38,270 nucleotides of DNA. Origin: Escherichia phage BUCT618. Location of the stretch: sequence record OM735461.1. One strand, 5' to 3'. A program made the translations under genes and the position numbers. This document shows positions 31,557 through 38,270 of this stretch, piece by piece. The notes under the pieces were generated by a model. That model saw only the letters and a list, made by a program, of their open reading frames with translations, did no database searches and was not told where the DNA came from. Numbering within the stretch: position 1 is the first letter of the stretch; each line of letters begins with the position of its first letter.

Positions 31557-32105
31557 TCAAAGGGAAATGCGATTGGCAATCCAGCCATATGCGAAAGCCT
31601 CGTTATCCTGACGGCCTTCCGCCAGCTCAATATACCGCGCACCCTGGAGGCAGTTCAGTGCCTTGAGCATCACAGTTTCACCTTGCTTGCCGCGCAACCC
31701 CAGATAGCTTTTAAGGGCTGAAGCAGTAGCAGGGCCAACCTTTCCGTCGACAGCAATATCAGCGTATGTCTTGCCCTGGTTGTTAAAGGCGTTCAGGCAG
31801 CGCTGAAGGAACTTTCCCGCCACTGATGGCCCCATGTTAACCCCTGTATCAACCACTTTGGCAGCGATGGATTCAGACAGCGGAATAAGCAGGTCAAACT
31901 TTGGCTTCGATACGTATTGAGTGTAGTAGATGTTTTCGGCAAGTGAGATGGGGAGGTCTTTCATTGCGCCGGTGTAACCATTGGCAACAGCTACCGACTT
32001 TGTAATGCCGTACATCGTTTCGCCGCCGGAGTCGTTTGGGTTATTTGAGTAACCACCTTCGACTTTGATGATGTCGTCAATAATTGACTTTACAGCCGGG
32101 GTCAT
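31557..32105 (-). CDS. Endolysin, glycoside hydrolase family 108 N-terminal domain + PG_binding_3-like C-terminal domain
   Basis: IIKVEGGYSNNPNDSGGETMYGIT signature of GH108. Confidence 0.8.
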   Translation of the reverse strand: MTPAVKSIIDDIIKVEGGYSNNPNDSGGETMYGITKSVAVANGYTGAMKDLPISLAENIYYTQYVSKPKFDLLIPLSESIAAKVVDTGVNMGPSVAGKFLQRCLNAFNNQGKTYADIAVDGKVGPATASALKSYLGLRGKQGETVMLKALNCLQGARYIELAEGRQDNEAFAYGWIANRISL

Positions 32106-32209
32106 AAAAACCTCATTATTAAGTTTTGGCTCGATTTCGCTCTAGCGGGTTCGTCGTGGCATACTTGCCTGTCGGCGATGCCCCGCTTCCTATCCAGGAA
32201 AGCGAAGCC

Positions 32210-32238
32210 AATTTAACATATAAAAAAGCAAAAGTCAA
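32210..32238 (-). promoter_or_regulatory. Sigma70-like promoter of the lysis cassette (TTGACT-N17-TAAATT)
   Basis: Reverse complement reads TTGACTtttgcttttttatatgtTAAATT. It precedes a leader of about 100 nt containing hairpins. Confidence 0.5.
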
Positions 32239-32285
32239 AAGAAGGAGCACAAAATGACGCTGGTGGAAATAGATTGTTATAGTGT

Positions 32286-32314
32286 TTGACATAAGGCATA
32301 GATGCGGTAAGATT
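32286..32314 (+). promoter_or_regulatory. Early promoter, same family as 3972-4000
   Basis: TTGACA 32286-32291 and GGTAAGATT 32306-32314. Confidence 0.65.
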
Positions 32315-32343
32315 TAGCCATCACCAACAAGTGGAGCAATAAC

Positions 32344-32649
32344 ATGAAAGAGTTTAAAGGTACGCCTGGGCCGTGGGTTGCAGATAAGACATCTCGCGCG
32401 ATAGGCCCAATTAGCCATGATGATGACCAGTCTTACGGAATTTTAATTCCTGTTGCCTGGGTGGAGTTTGACCAAGATGAGGGGATTAAGGCGTCAAACC
32501 AACGCCTCATCGCTGCAGCGCCTGAGTTGCTGGAGGCCTTGAAGAAAATGGTCAGCAAAGCGTATAAGCAAAACTGGAATGATGCATACCCAGAAGAGAT
32601 TCAATCAGCACAGGCAGCAATCAACAAAGCACTGGGAGAAAAACAATGA
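32344..32649 (+). CDS. Hypothetical protein
   Basis: 101 aa, SD GTGGAG. ..NQRLIAAAPELLEALK.. motif is common in small phage early proteins. Confidence 0.6.
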   Translation: MKEFKGTPGPWVADKTSRAIGPISHDDDQSYGILIPVAWVEFDQDEGIKASNQRLIAAAPELLEALKKMVSKAYKQNWNDAYPEEIQSAQAAINKALGEKQ

Positions 32650-33527
32650 AACTTATCGACTTGCTGGTTAAAGAGTTACCGCAGTGGGGCGGGTGGCCTG
32701 AAGGTGCGATAAATGCTACACAAGATAAAGATGGGGTGGTGAATTTCTATGAAGGTGCAACACCTGTATTTGCCTCGGTCGCCTGGCTTGGTGGTGACTG
32801 GTGCGGAAATGAGTTTAACACAATTACGGCCAGCGACTACGACACCGCCATTGTCACCCGAGAACAATACGAATCCGCGCTCGCAGCCAGTAAAGCCGTT
32901 GTTGGCCATGACGGATGGATTCAATGGGCTGGCGGTGAGTGCCCGGTTGATAGTGACGCAATTGTTGAAGTCAAATACCGAAATCCGAGCCGGAACAAAT
33001 TCAATAATGATCGTGCTGGCGATTTTACCTGGTCACATGATGGATTTGGCGGTGACATCATCGCCTACCGCCTGCAACAGCCGACGAAATCAGAACAGGC
33101 TTGCGATGACGCTGCGGAAGCTGATGACGAAGCAGACCTGAACGAGTGCATTGGTCAGGATATTGATATTCCGGAATGGAATGGTGAAGGGTTGCCGCCA
33201 GTTGGCACTATCTGCCAGGCCAAAGTCCCGCGCTCAATTACTGGGTGGGAATGGCGAAGGGTGAAGGTTGTCGAGTCTGGCATCCCAGGCGCAGAGAAAG
33301 AGGTGCTTGTTTATGACCTGGAGACAACAATCCCATCATGGGCAGATGAATTCCGACCACTCCGCACCGAAGCGGAAAAGGCGCGTGAGAAATTGGCCGC
33401 GTCGCTTCATATTGCGGCTGGCGCCAGTCCAATCGAATTAAACGGCATAGGGACTTTATACTTCAAGCTGGCTGATGCCATCATTTCAGGAAGCGTTTTC
33501 GGAACTACATTCAAGGCGGGTAAATAA
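32646..33527 (+). CDS. Hypothetical protein
   Basis: 293 aa, ATGA-coupled. Confidence 0.6.
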   Translation: MKLIDLLVKELPQWGGWPEGAINATQDKDGVVNFYEGATPVFASVAWLGGDWCGNEFNTITASDYDTAIVTREQYESALAASKAVVGHDGWIQWAGGECPVDSDAIVEVKYRNPSRNKFNNDRAGDFTWSHDGFGGDIIAYRLQQPTKSEQACDDAAEADDEADLNECIGQDIDIPEWNGEGLPPVGTICQAKVPRSITGWEWRRVKVVESGIPGAEKEVLVYDLETTIPSWADEFRPLRTEAEKAREKLAASLHIAAGASPIELNGIGTLYFKLADAIISGSVFGTTFKAGK

Positions 33528-33751
33528 TGGATATTGACGTAGTTAACCATCCATCGCACTACACTAAGGGCAGAATCGAGTGCATTGATGCCATTGATTC
33601 AGCCACCACCGGAAAATCAGGAATCGAAGCCGTATGCGTGGCAAATATCATTCGTTACCTGTGGCGCTACGAAGAAAAAGGTGGCCTTGAAAGTGTAAGG
33701 AAGGCGCAGTGGTATCTTAACAAATTAATCTCTGAACTGGAGTCAAAATAA
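33527..33751 (+). CDS. DUF3310-like protein
   Basis: NHPSHYT..IECIDAI...[21 protein letters not shown]. Confidence 0.65.
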   Translation: MDIDVVNHPSHYTKGRIECIDAIDSATTGKSGIEAVCVANIIRYLWRYEEKGGLESVRKAQWYLNKLISELESK

Positions 33752-34275
33752 TGGCATCGAGAGGCGTTAACCGTGTAACAATCCTGGGCAACCTCGGCAA
33801 TGACCCGGATGTAAAATACACCGCATCAGGAAGCGCAATCGCAAACCTGACGGTGGCAACATCTGAGTCATGGAATGACAAGGCAACCGGTGAGAAGAAG
33901 GATTTGACCGAATGGCATCGCGTCGTGCTGTTCGGCAAACTGGCAGAGGTGGCAGGTGAATACCTCCGAAAAGGTTCGCAAGTCTATATTGAAGGCCAGC
34001 TTCGAACCCGCAAATGGACCGACCAATCCGGCCAGGAGAAATACACCACAGAGATTGTTGTCGGCATGAATGGGGTGATGCAGATGATTGGCGGAAAGCA
34101 GGATAGCAAGCCTCAGCAACAAAGCGGATGTGGGCAGCCTCAACAACCAAAGCCGCAGCAGCAGAGCAAGCCAGCACCAGCCGGGCATAATGTTCCTCCA
34201 GTGGACTTTTCTGACGACATTCCGTTCGCTACCATTGGTTTGCAGTACGGGAAATCGAGAATCTACGCCCTATAA
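33751..34275 (+). CDS. ssb: Single-stranded DNA-binding protein
   Basis: [58 protein letters not shown].. with a Gln/Pro-rich linker and an acidic DDIPF tail motif. Confidence 0.9.
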   Translation: MASRGVNRVTILGNLGNDPDVKYTASGSAIANLTVATSESWNDKATGEKKDLTEWHRVVLFGKLAEVAGEYLRKGSQVYIEGQLRTRKWTDQSGQEKYTTEIVVGMNGVMQMIGGKQDSKPQQQSGCGQPQQPKPQQQSKPAPAGHNVPPVDFSDDIPFATIGLQYGKSRIYAL

Positions 34276-34294
34276 TTATCACCATATCAACCAA

Positions 34295-34313
34295 CCCGCT
34301 ACGGCGGGTTTTT
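34295..34313 (+). terminator. Rho-independent terminator after ssb
   Basis: CCCGC-tacg-GCGGG followed by TTTTT. Confidence 0.75.
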
Positions 34314-34331
34314 CATCTTTTACGCAATCTG

Positions 34332-34360
34332 TTACAATTTCAAGATTGTTCCAGTATATT
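34332..34360 (+). promoter_or_regulatory. Candidate promoter (TTACAA-N17-TATATT)
   Basis: Located between the ssb terminator and the 34409 gene. Confidence 0.4.
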
Positions 34361-34408
34361 CACTCAAAGGCAGGCGTGTACCCTAAGGAAAGAAGAAAGG
34401 GGGTGCAT

Positions 34409-34726
34409 ATGCCAAACAGGATGAACATGTCTACAGTCGAAGAGCGGCTAACGAAAGTTGAGACGAATCTTGCGAACCTTGCAGATGCACAAAGGGATGT
34501 TAGCCAGGCTTTAAACAAGGTGTCTGAGTCCATCCACGCCATCCAGATTAGCATTGAGCGCCAGAACGCGAGTATTCATCAGATAGTTGAGTTGCGTCGT
34601 GATGTTGATGCAATGTCGAAGGATGTGGATAAGCTAAAAGGCAAGGTGTGGTGGTTAGGCGGCGTGGCAGCCGCCTGTACTTTCATTATCGTGAACTTCT
34701 CGCGCATGAAAGACTTCTTTCACTGA
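34409..34726 (+). CDS. Coiled-coil protein with C-terminal TM anchor (XhlA-like architecture)
   Basis: Start chosen at the ATG with SD AAGGGGG (track ORF extends upstream in frame). Coiled coil LTKVETNLANLADAQRDV.. followed by WWLGGVAAACTFIIVNF. Confidence 0.55.
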   Translation: MPNRMNMSTVEERLTKVETNLANLADAQRDVSQALNKVSESIHAIQISIERQNASIHQIVELRRDVDAMSKDVDKLKGKVWWLGGVAAACTFIIVNFSRMKDFFH

Positions 34727-34853
34727 TGCGGATTATATCCATGTCGCGCATGGTTGCATGACGTGCGCGGGCGAAGTAGTATCGCGCGAATGTGAATCCA
34801 TAGCGGCGCAATCCGCCAGCAAATCCCCACCGTTCAATCAGCCACCATTTCAT
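34686..34853 (-). CDS. Possible 55-aa basic/aromatic protein
   Basis: MKWWLIERWGFAGGLRRYGFTFARYYFARARH... In frame with track ORF 34686..34973. Its 3' end overlaps the convergent 34409-34726 gene by 41 nt. Confidence 0.3.
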   Translation of the reverse strand: MKWWLIERWGFAGGLRRYGFTFARYYFARARHATMRDMDIIRISERSLSCARSSR

Positions 34854-34981
34854 TTCATCCTCCCCAGATAGAAGCATACTCCCGCCGCACTGAGATATAT
34901 TGCCGCTGAAATATCGCGGTTGATAGCTGCCGAGAATATTGCCGACAGCACCAGGAAAAGCATTGGCATCCACTTGATCAT
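34850..34981 (-). CDS. Possible 43-aa hydrophobic membrane peptide
   Basis: MIKWMPMLFLVLSAIFSAAINRDISAAIYLSAAGVCFYLGRMK. SD GAGGGG 9 nt upstream. ATGA-coupled to the next small ORF. Confidence 0.35.
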   Translation of the reverse strand: MIKWMPMLFLVLSAIFSAAINRDISAAIYLSAAGVCFYLGRMK

Positions 34982-35026
34982 TTTTTTACCCCTCATCATA
35001 TTTCGCCTCAAATCCACAGATTGTGG

Positions 35027-35054
35027 TTGACATTACCATGATACATGGTAACCT
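35027..35054 (+). promoter_or_regulatory. Early promoter with an embedded palindromic operator candidate
   Basis: TTGACA 35027-35032 and GGTAACCTT 35047-35055. The spacer is the palindrome TTACCATG-ata-CATGGTAA (35033-35051). Confidence 0.55.
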
Positions 35055-35079
35055 TATCCATATCAACACGGGAGGTAGT

Positions 35080-35196
35080 ATGAATCAGCAGAAATTTGAA
35101 TCAGCACAACGGGCGGCAAGACTGGCAGTTAAGTGTAGAAGCAAAGGCGCATGGAAAGAGGCGATGCGCCTGCTTCGGGAGGCTATTTATGCTTGA
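35080..35196 (+). CDS. Hypothetical 38-aa protein
   Basis: MNQQKFESAQRAARLAVKCRSKGAWKEAMRLLREAIYA. SD GGGAGG. Confidence 0.4.
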   Translation: MNQQKFESAQRAARLAVKCRSKGAWKEAMRLLREAIYA

Positions 35197-35335
35197 CCGT
35201 CATTGCCCAATCGACCGCGACGAACGCATCCACGCCGACAGCTGGCAGGATGAGCCAACAGAGGAAGATATTGAGCGCCAGCGCTCAATCATCGAAGCAC
35301 AGGCAGACTTAGAGGAGATGTACAATGGCTGGTGA
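35189..35335 (+). CDS. Hypothetical 48-aa acidic protein
   Basis: MLDRHCPIDRDERIHADSWQDEPTEEDIERQRSIIEAQADLEEMYNGW. Its ATG overlaps the previous stop (ATGCTTGA). Confidence 0.4.
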   Translation: MLDRHCPIDRDERIHADSWQDEPTEEDIERQRSIIEAQADLEEMYNGW

Positions 35336-35501
35336 ATTTGCAGTTTACACATCGGTAGCTGTCGGCGGGAAGAGTGGCCGACAAACCAAGCAAGAAACAC
35401 GCGAGCAGGTCATCGCTCGCAATAGTTTCCCTGGTCCAGACCAGAATCGTTACATTGATAAGTTTTTAGCGGAGCAGAAGAAAAATGAGCAACTGGCATA
35501 A
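35325..35501 (+). CDS. Hypothetical 58-aa protein
   Basis: MAGEFAVYTSVAVGGKSGRQTKQETREQVIARNSF... Overlaps the previous ORF by 11 nt. Confidence 0.4.
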   Translation: MAGEFAVYTSVAVGGKSGRQTKQETREQVIARNSFPGPDQNRYIDKFLAEQKKNEQLA

Positions 35502-35568
35502 CGAACACATCATGCAGTGGCATCGCCGTCGCATTAAGTCAATCATTAACCCTTGTGAGGTTTAACAA

Positions 35569-35955
35569 ATGGCAAAAACTACATATAGTCGAGAAGAACT
35601 TGAGCGCCAACTAGCAGAATCACGCCGCGAGTTCTGGGCAGCAGACGCTACCATTAGCAATCTTGAAATGAAGCTCGCAGACATGGCGGCACAGCTCGCT
35701 AACGCAGAGAACAAGTGCGCAGCGCCGGTATCTGTGCCTGCTGAGCGTGCAGCATTTGAAACCTTCATGGAGAAACGCTTTAAAGACCTTATCGACCGTC
35801 GCCTGGTGAAGAATGGTGATGGTGAATACTTCGCGTGGGACATGCAGGTTGCATGGATTGTCTGGCAAGAGCGCGCCGCTATGCTTAAGTGCTCCGAACC
35901 TGTAACGGACAACACGAATCAGCAATTCGAATCTCTAAGCAGAGGCGACAAATGA
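35569..35955 (+). CDS. Hypothetical protein (coiled-coil N-terminus; Ead/Ea22-like feel)
   Basis: 128 aa, SD GTGAGG. Confidence 0.6.
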   Translation: MAKTTYSREELERQLAESRREFWAADATISNLEMKLADMAAQLANAENKCAAPVSVPAERAAFETFMEKRFKDLIDRRLVKNGDGEYFAWDMQVAWIVWQERAAMLKCSEPVTDNTNQQFESLSRGDK

Positions 35956-36356
35956 ACGGAAAAATAGCACTTCGCGACATCATAAAAGCAATTGTTATTC
36001 TTAAACCTGGCGTTACGATGGCGGTAATTCAGCGGATGATATGGACAAAAACACCAAGCGCAACAATTGGGACGGCGCTGCACTGCATGTCAGCACAAGG
36101 GTTATTTACGACAAGGAGGGTTGAAAACAAAGGAAGGCGAGGATTCAAATGCAATGCCTACTATCCAACGAAGAAGCTACTGGACTCGTTCACGGTTACG
36201 AGCGAGATGCGGGAGTATCTTGGGCTGACGGATGGCGACCTTAACCCAGGGAAGGTGAAGCGCAAGTGCAACACTGTCTTTGAGTCATGTAAACAAAGCC
36301 CGGCAACGAAACGCATCCTTTGGTTTTATGGGCGCGGTGAATTGCCAGCCATCTGA
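35952..36356 (+). CDS. Hypothetical protein
   Basis: ATGA-coupled start at 35952 (track ORF extends upstream in frame). 134 aa. Confidence 0.55.
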   Translation: MNGKIALRDIIKAIVILKPGVTMAVIQRMIWTKTPSATIGTALHCMSAQGLFTTRRVENKGRRGFKCNAYYPTKKLLDSFTVTSEMREYLGLTDGDLNPGKVKRKCNTVFESCKQSPATKRILWFYGRGELPAI

Positions 36357-36395
36357 TTGGTTAAGCGAGGTTATGACGATTATGGAGAAGTTTCG

Positions 36396-38258
36396 ATGAT
36401 TACAAATGATGGTGTTAAGTTAATTCATGGTGATTGCCTGGAGGTGCTGAAGGGAATGCCAGACAATTCCGTGGATAGCATAGTCACAGACCCGCCTTAT
36501 GGACTTTCATTCATGGGGAAGAAATGGGACTACGAAGTTCCTGACCAGGCTATCTGGGAGGAATGCCTACGCGTCCTTAAGCCTGGTGGTCATCTGCTGG
36601 CCTTTGCTGGTACACGAACGCAGCACCGCATGGCTGTTCGCATTGAGGACGCTGGGTTCGAGATACGGGACATGATTGCATGGGTATATGGCAGCGGGTT
36701 TCCTAAAAGTGCGAACGTTTCAAAGCAGATAGACCAGCAAGAAAGAAACAGATGGGTTAAAATCATCAAGGCGATTGATAAAACAAACCTTTCTGAAATG
36801 GCTGAACTATGGATAAACTCAAGAAATGCGAATGCTGCGGGGCTTTCATTCCAAAGGAATCAAACCGAAGCTGGGCTCAATACGCAAAAAAACGGTTTTG
36901 CTCACGGAAGTGTTCTGCTTCAAGTCAGTCACAAAAACTGCGATGCGCTTGCAGTCATTGCGGAACTAAATTCGACCGAAGCCCATCCCACAAGCGAGGG
37001 GAATTGCAGTTCTGCACAATCGAATGCCGAAAGCACTATCACGGCATCGAAAAGCCATGCGACCACTGCGGAAAAATCACCAGAAAACCGCGAAGCAACG
37101 CTGTGCATGGTGGATTTTTCTGCTCTACACAGTGCATGGGGCTGGCAAGGCGAAAGCAGGGCGGACAAACTCAAGGCCGTCGAAGCCCTGAAGATTTGGC
37201 TTGGAAGAAAGCCATCCTCAAGGCGGGAGGCTACAAGTGCGCTATGTGCGGCACTGACAGACGACTTGAAGCGCATCACGTTAAGCCAATCAAAGACTTT
37301 CCTGAGCTACGACACGACACGTCAAATGGCTTGTGCGTCTGCCATCAGTGCCACTATTACGGAATCCACGGCGGCAAGCCTAATTTCATTCACGGCAGGT
37401 ACTCTAAAAAGTAAGGCCATCGACAAGGCGGCTGGTGCGGAGCGCGAGGTGGTCGGCAGCTACGAGGTGACTCGCGACATGTCTGGCGGATCATGGGCGG
37501 AACTTCACGGAAAACCGAACAGCGCCAAGATGCACAACATAACCGCACCAGCCACCGACGCCGCAAAACAGTGGCAAGGCTGGGGTACAGCCCTAAAGCC
37601 AGCACTTGAACCAATCACCGTAGCACGCAAGCCGTTCAAAGGCACTGTGGCGGCTAACGTGATGGAGTGGGGAACGGGGGCGCTGAATATTGATGGGTGC
37701 AGGGTGGTGGGGGATGTTTGGACTAGAAGAACACCTTATAAAGACAACATCAAAGGCGGACAGCTTCACGCCGCAAAAAGTGAATCAACCTACGCATGCG
37801 GCCCTCAATCTTGCAATGAATTGGGGCGCTGGCCCGCGAACCTGATTCACGACGGAAGCCATGAGGTGATGTCGGAGTTTCCTGCAAATGTTGTCGCGAA
37901 CGGAGGTAGCGGCGTATTTAACCAGCACGCATGGATGCGCTACGAGACGCCGCAGAACATCAATCGCAGCAAAGGCAGCGCAGCTCGCTTCTTCTACTGC
38001 GCTAAGGCCAGCAAGAAAGACCGAGGCGAAGGTAATAACCACCCTACCGTCAAGCCAACCGACCTCATGGCGTACCTTTGCCGCCTTGTAACGCCTCCTG
38101 GTGGCGTGGTTCTCGACCCGTTCATGGGCAGCGGTAGCACCGGCAAGGCAGCCGTGCGCGAAGGCTTCCGCTTCATCGGCATTGAAATGGACGCGGAGTA
38201 CCTTGCAATCGCTGAGGCGAGAATTGCGCATGATGCAGGGAAGCAGACTGAGAAATAA
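36396..38258 (+). CDS. Beta-class N6-adenine/N4-cytosine DNA methyltransferase carrying a 215-codon read-through insertion
   Basis: Motif IV SIVTDPPYGL near the N-terminus. Motif I VLDPFMGSGSTGKAA near the C-terminus. ATG 36396 with SD GGAGAAG (track ORF starts at an upstream TTG). The frame is open across 36768-37427. Confidence 0.8.
   Translation: MITNDGVKLIHGDCLEVLKGMPDNSVDSIVTDPPYGLSFMGKKWDYEVPDQAIWEECLRVLKPGGHLLAFAGTRTQHRMAVRIEDAGFEIRDMIAWVYGSGFPKSANVSKQIDQQERNRWVKIIKAIDKTNLSEMAELWINSRNANAAGLSFQRNQTEAGLNTQKNGFAHGSVLLQVSHKNCDALAVIAELNSTEAHPTSEGNCSSAQSNAESTITASKSHATTAEKSPENREATLCMVDFSALHSAWGWQGESRADKLKAVEALKIWLGRKPSSRREATSALCAALTDDLKRITLSQSKTFLSYDTTRQMACASAISATITESTAASLISFTAGTLKSKAIDKAAGAEREVVGSYEVTRDMSGGSWAELHGKPNSAKMHNITAPATDAAKQWQGWGTALKPALEPITVARKPFKGTVAANVMEWGTGALNIDGCRVVGDVWTRRTPYKDNIKGGQLHAAKSESTYACGPQSCNELGRWPANLIHDGSHEVMSEFPANVVANGGSGVFNQHAWMRYETPQNINRSKGSAARFFYCAKASKKDRGEGNNHPTVKPTDLMAYLCRLVTPPGGVVLDPFMGSGSTGKAAVREGFRFIGIEMDAEYLAIAEARIAHDAGKQTEK
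36768..37427 (+). mobile_element. In-frame HEG-bearing insertion in the methyltransferase gene, bounded by duplicated KAIDK codons
   Basis: aag gcg att gat aaa (36768-36782) versus aag gcc atc gac aag (37413-37427). Same peptide, four synonymous differences, spaced exactly 645 nt apart. Confidence 0.6.
36809..37414 (+). CDS. HNH endonuclease with three N-terminal zinc-ribbon repeats, nested in the +1 frame of the methyltransferase ORF
   Basis: Three repeats: CECCG..FCSRKC / CSHCG..FCTIEC / CDHCG..FCSTQC. HNH core YKCAMCGTDRRLEAHHVKPIKDFPELRHDTSNGLCVCHQCH. Confidence 0.8.
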   Translation: MDKLKKCECCGAFIPKESNRSWAQYAKKRFCSRKCSASSQSQKLRCACSHCGTKFDRSPSHKRGELQFCTIECRKHYHGIEKPCDHCGKITRKPRSNAVHGGFFCSTQCMGLARRKQGGQTQGRRSPEDLAWKKAILKAGGYKCAMCGTDRRLEAHHVKPIKDFPELRHDTSNGLCVCHQCHYYGIHGGKPNFIHGRYSKK

Positions 38259-38270
38259 AATAAACAAGGC

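Noticed and set aside
32254-32289. 11-codon mini-ORF (MTLVEIDCYSV) with a strong SD GAAGGAG.
   Set aside because: It lies upstream of the plus-strand promoter and antisense to the lysis-cassette leader, so no obvious transcript would carry it. It is noted only because its TGA lies in the -35 box.
36768-37427. Group I intron carrying the HNH ORF, as an explanation for the MTase insertion.
   Set aside because: This is a common solution for phage HEGs. However, an intron has no need to keep the host frame open, whereas this segment is exactly 215 codons and stop-free in the host frame. I could not recognise P-helix or guanosine-binding-site features by eye. The idea is not formally excluded; RT-PCR would settle it.
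37785-38267. 160-aa minus-strand ORF antisense to the MTase C-terminal domain, together with 36929-37279 antisense to the nested HNH.
   Set aside because: Neither has motifs or signals. Both lie opposite clearly conserved catalytic motifs.
1-38270. Search for CRISPR arrays, integrase/att sites, a lysogeny module, transposases, retron/DGR reverse transcriptases, and known defence or anti-defence systems.
   Set aside because: I could recognise no direct-repeat/spacer array, no tyrosine or serine recombinase motifs, no RT motifs and no repressor/Cro pair. Absence is based on visual inspection only.

Overview
The window is most of a virulent-looking tailed-phage genome of enterobacterial type with a contractile tail. 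No integrase, repressor, att site or CRISPR array was seen.

Layout, left to right:
- 20-3750 (-): packaging operon (small ORF, TerS, TerL).
- 4026-11429 (+): early/replication-recombination block. It holds small ORFs, a compact C5-MTase-like gene, a DnaB-N/RecA-like helicase, an SF2 helicase, VRR-NUC, RecT and a YqaJ-type exonuclease.
- 11455-30303 (-): one long structural block. Order is tail-fibre assembly, fibre, baseplate, tape measure, frameshifted chaperone, an inserted small-gene island, tube, sheath, neck, capsid, scaffold, MuF-like and portal.
- 30387-30822 (-): a stand-alone tRNA transcription unit.
- 30819-32105 (-): lysis cassette (endolysin, holin, overlapped spanins).
- 32344-38258 (+): second early block (DUF3310-like, SSB, small ORFs, N6/N4 DNA methyltransferase).

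The most unusual observation is that two HNH homing-endonuclease genes are hidden inside host ORFs that stay open straight through them.
1. TerL carries a 323-codon intein. Its central endonuclease slot is occupied, codon-for-codon on the opposite strand, by a complete free-standing-type HNH gene.
2. The beta-class DNA methyltransferase carries a 645-nt in-frame insertion flanked by duplicated KAIDK codons. That insertion encodes a zinc-ribbon HNH endonuclease in the +1 frame of the same strand.

Other points worth a second look:
- Two conserved promoter families.
- An independently transcribed accessory island inside the tail module, with a long structured leader.
- A classic -1 frameshift in the tail chaperone.
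- A palindromic operator candidate.
- Several small membrane-peptide ORFs.

All calls rest on manual translation and on motif recognition from memory. No database search or folding program was run.
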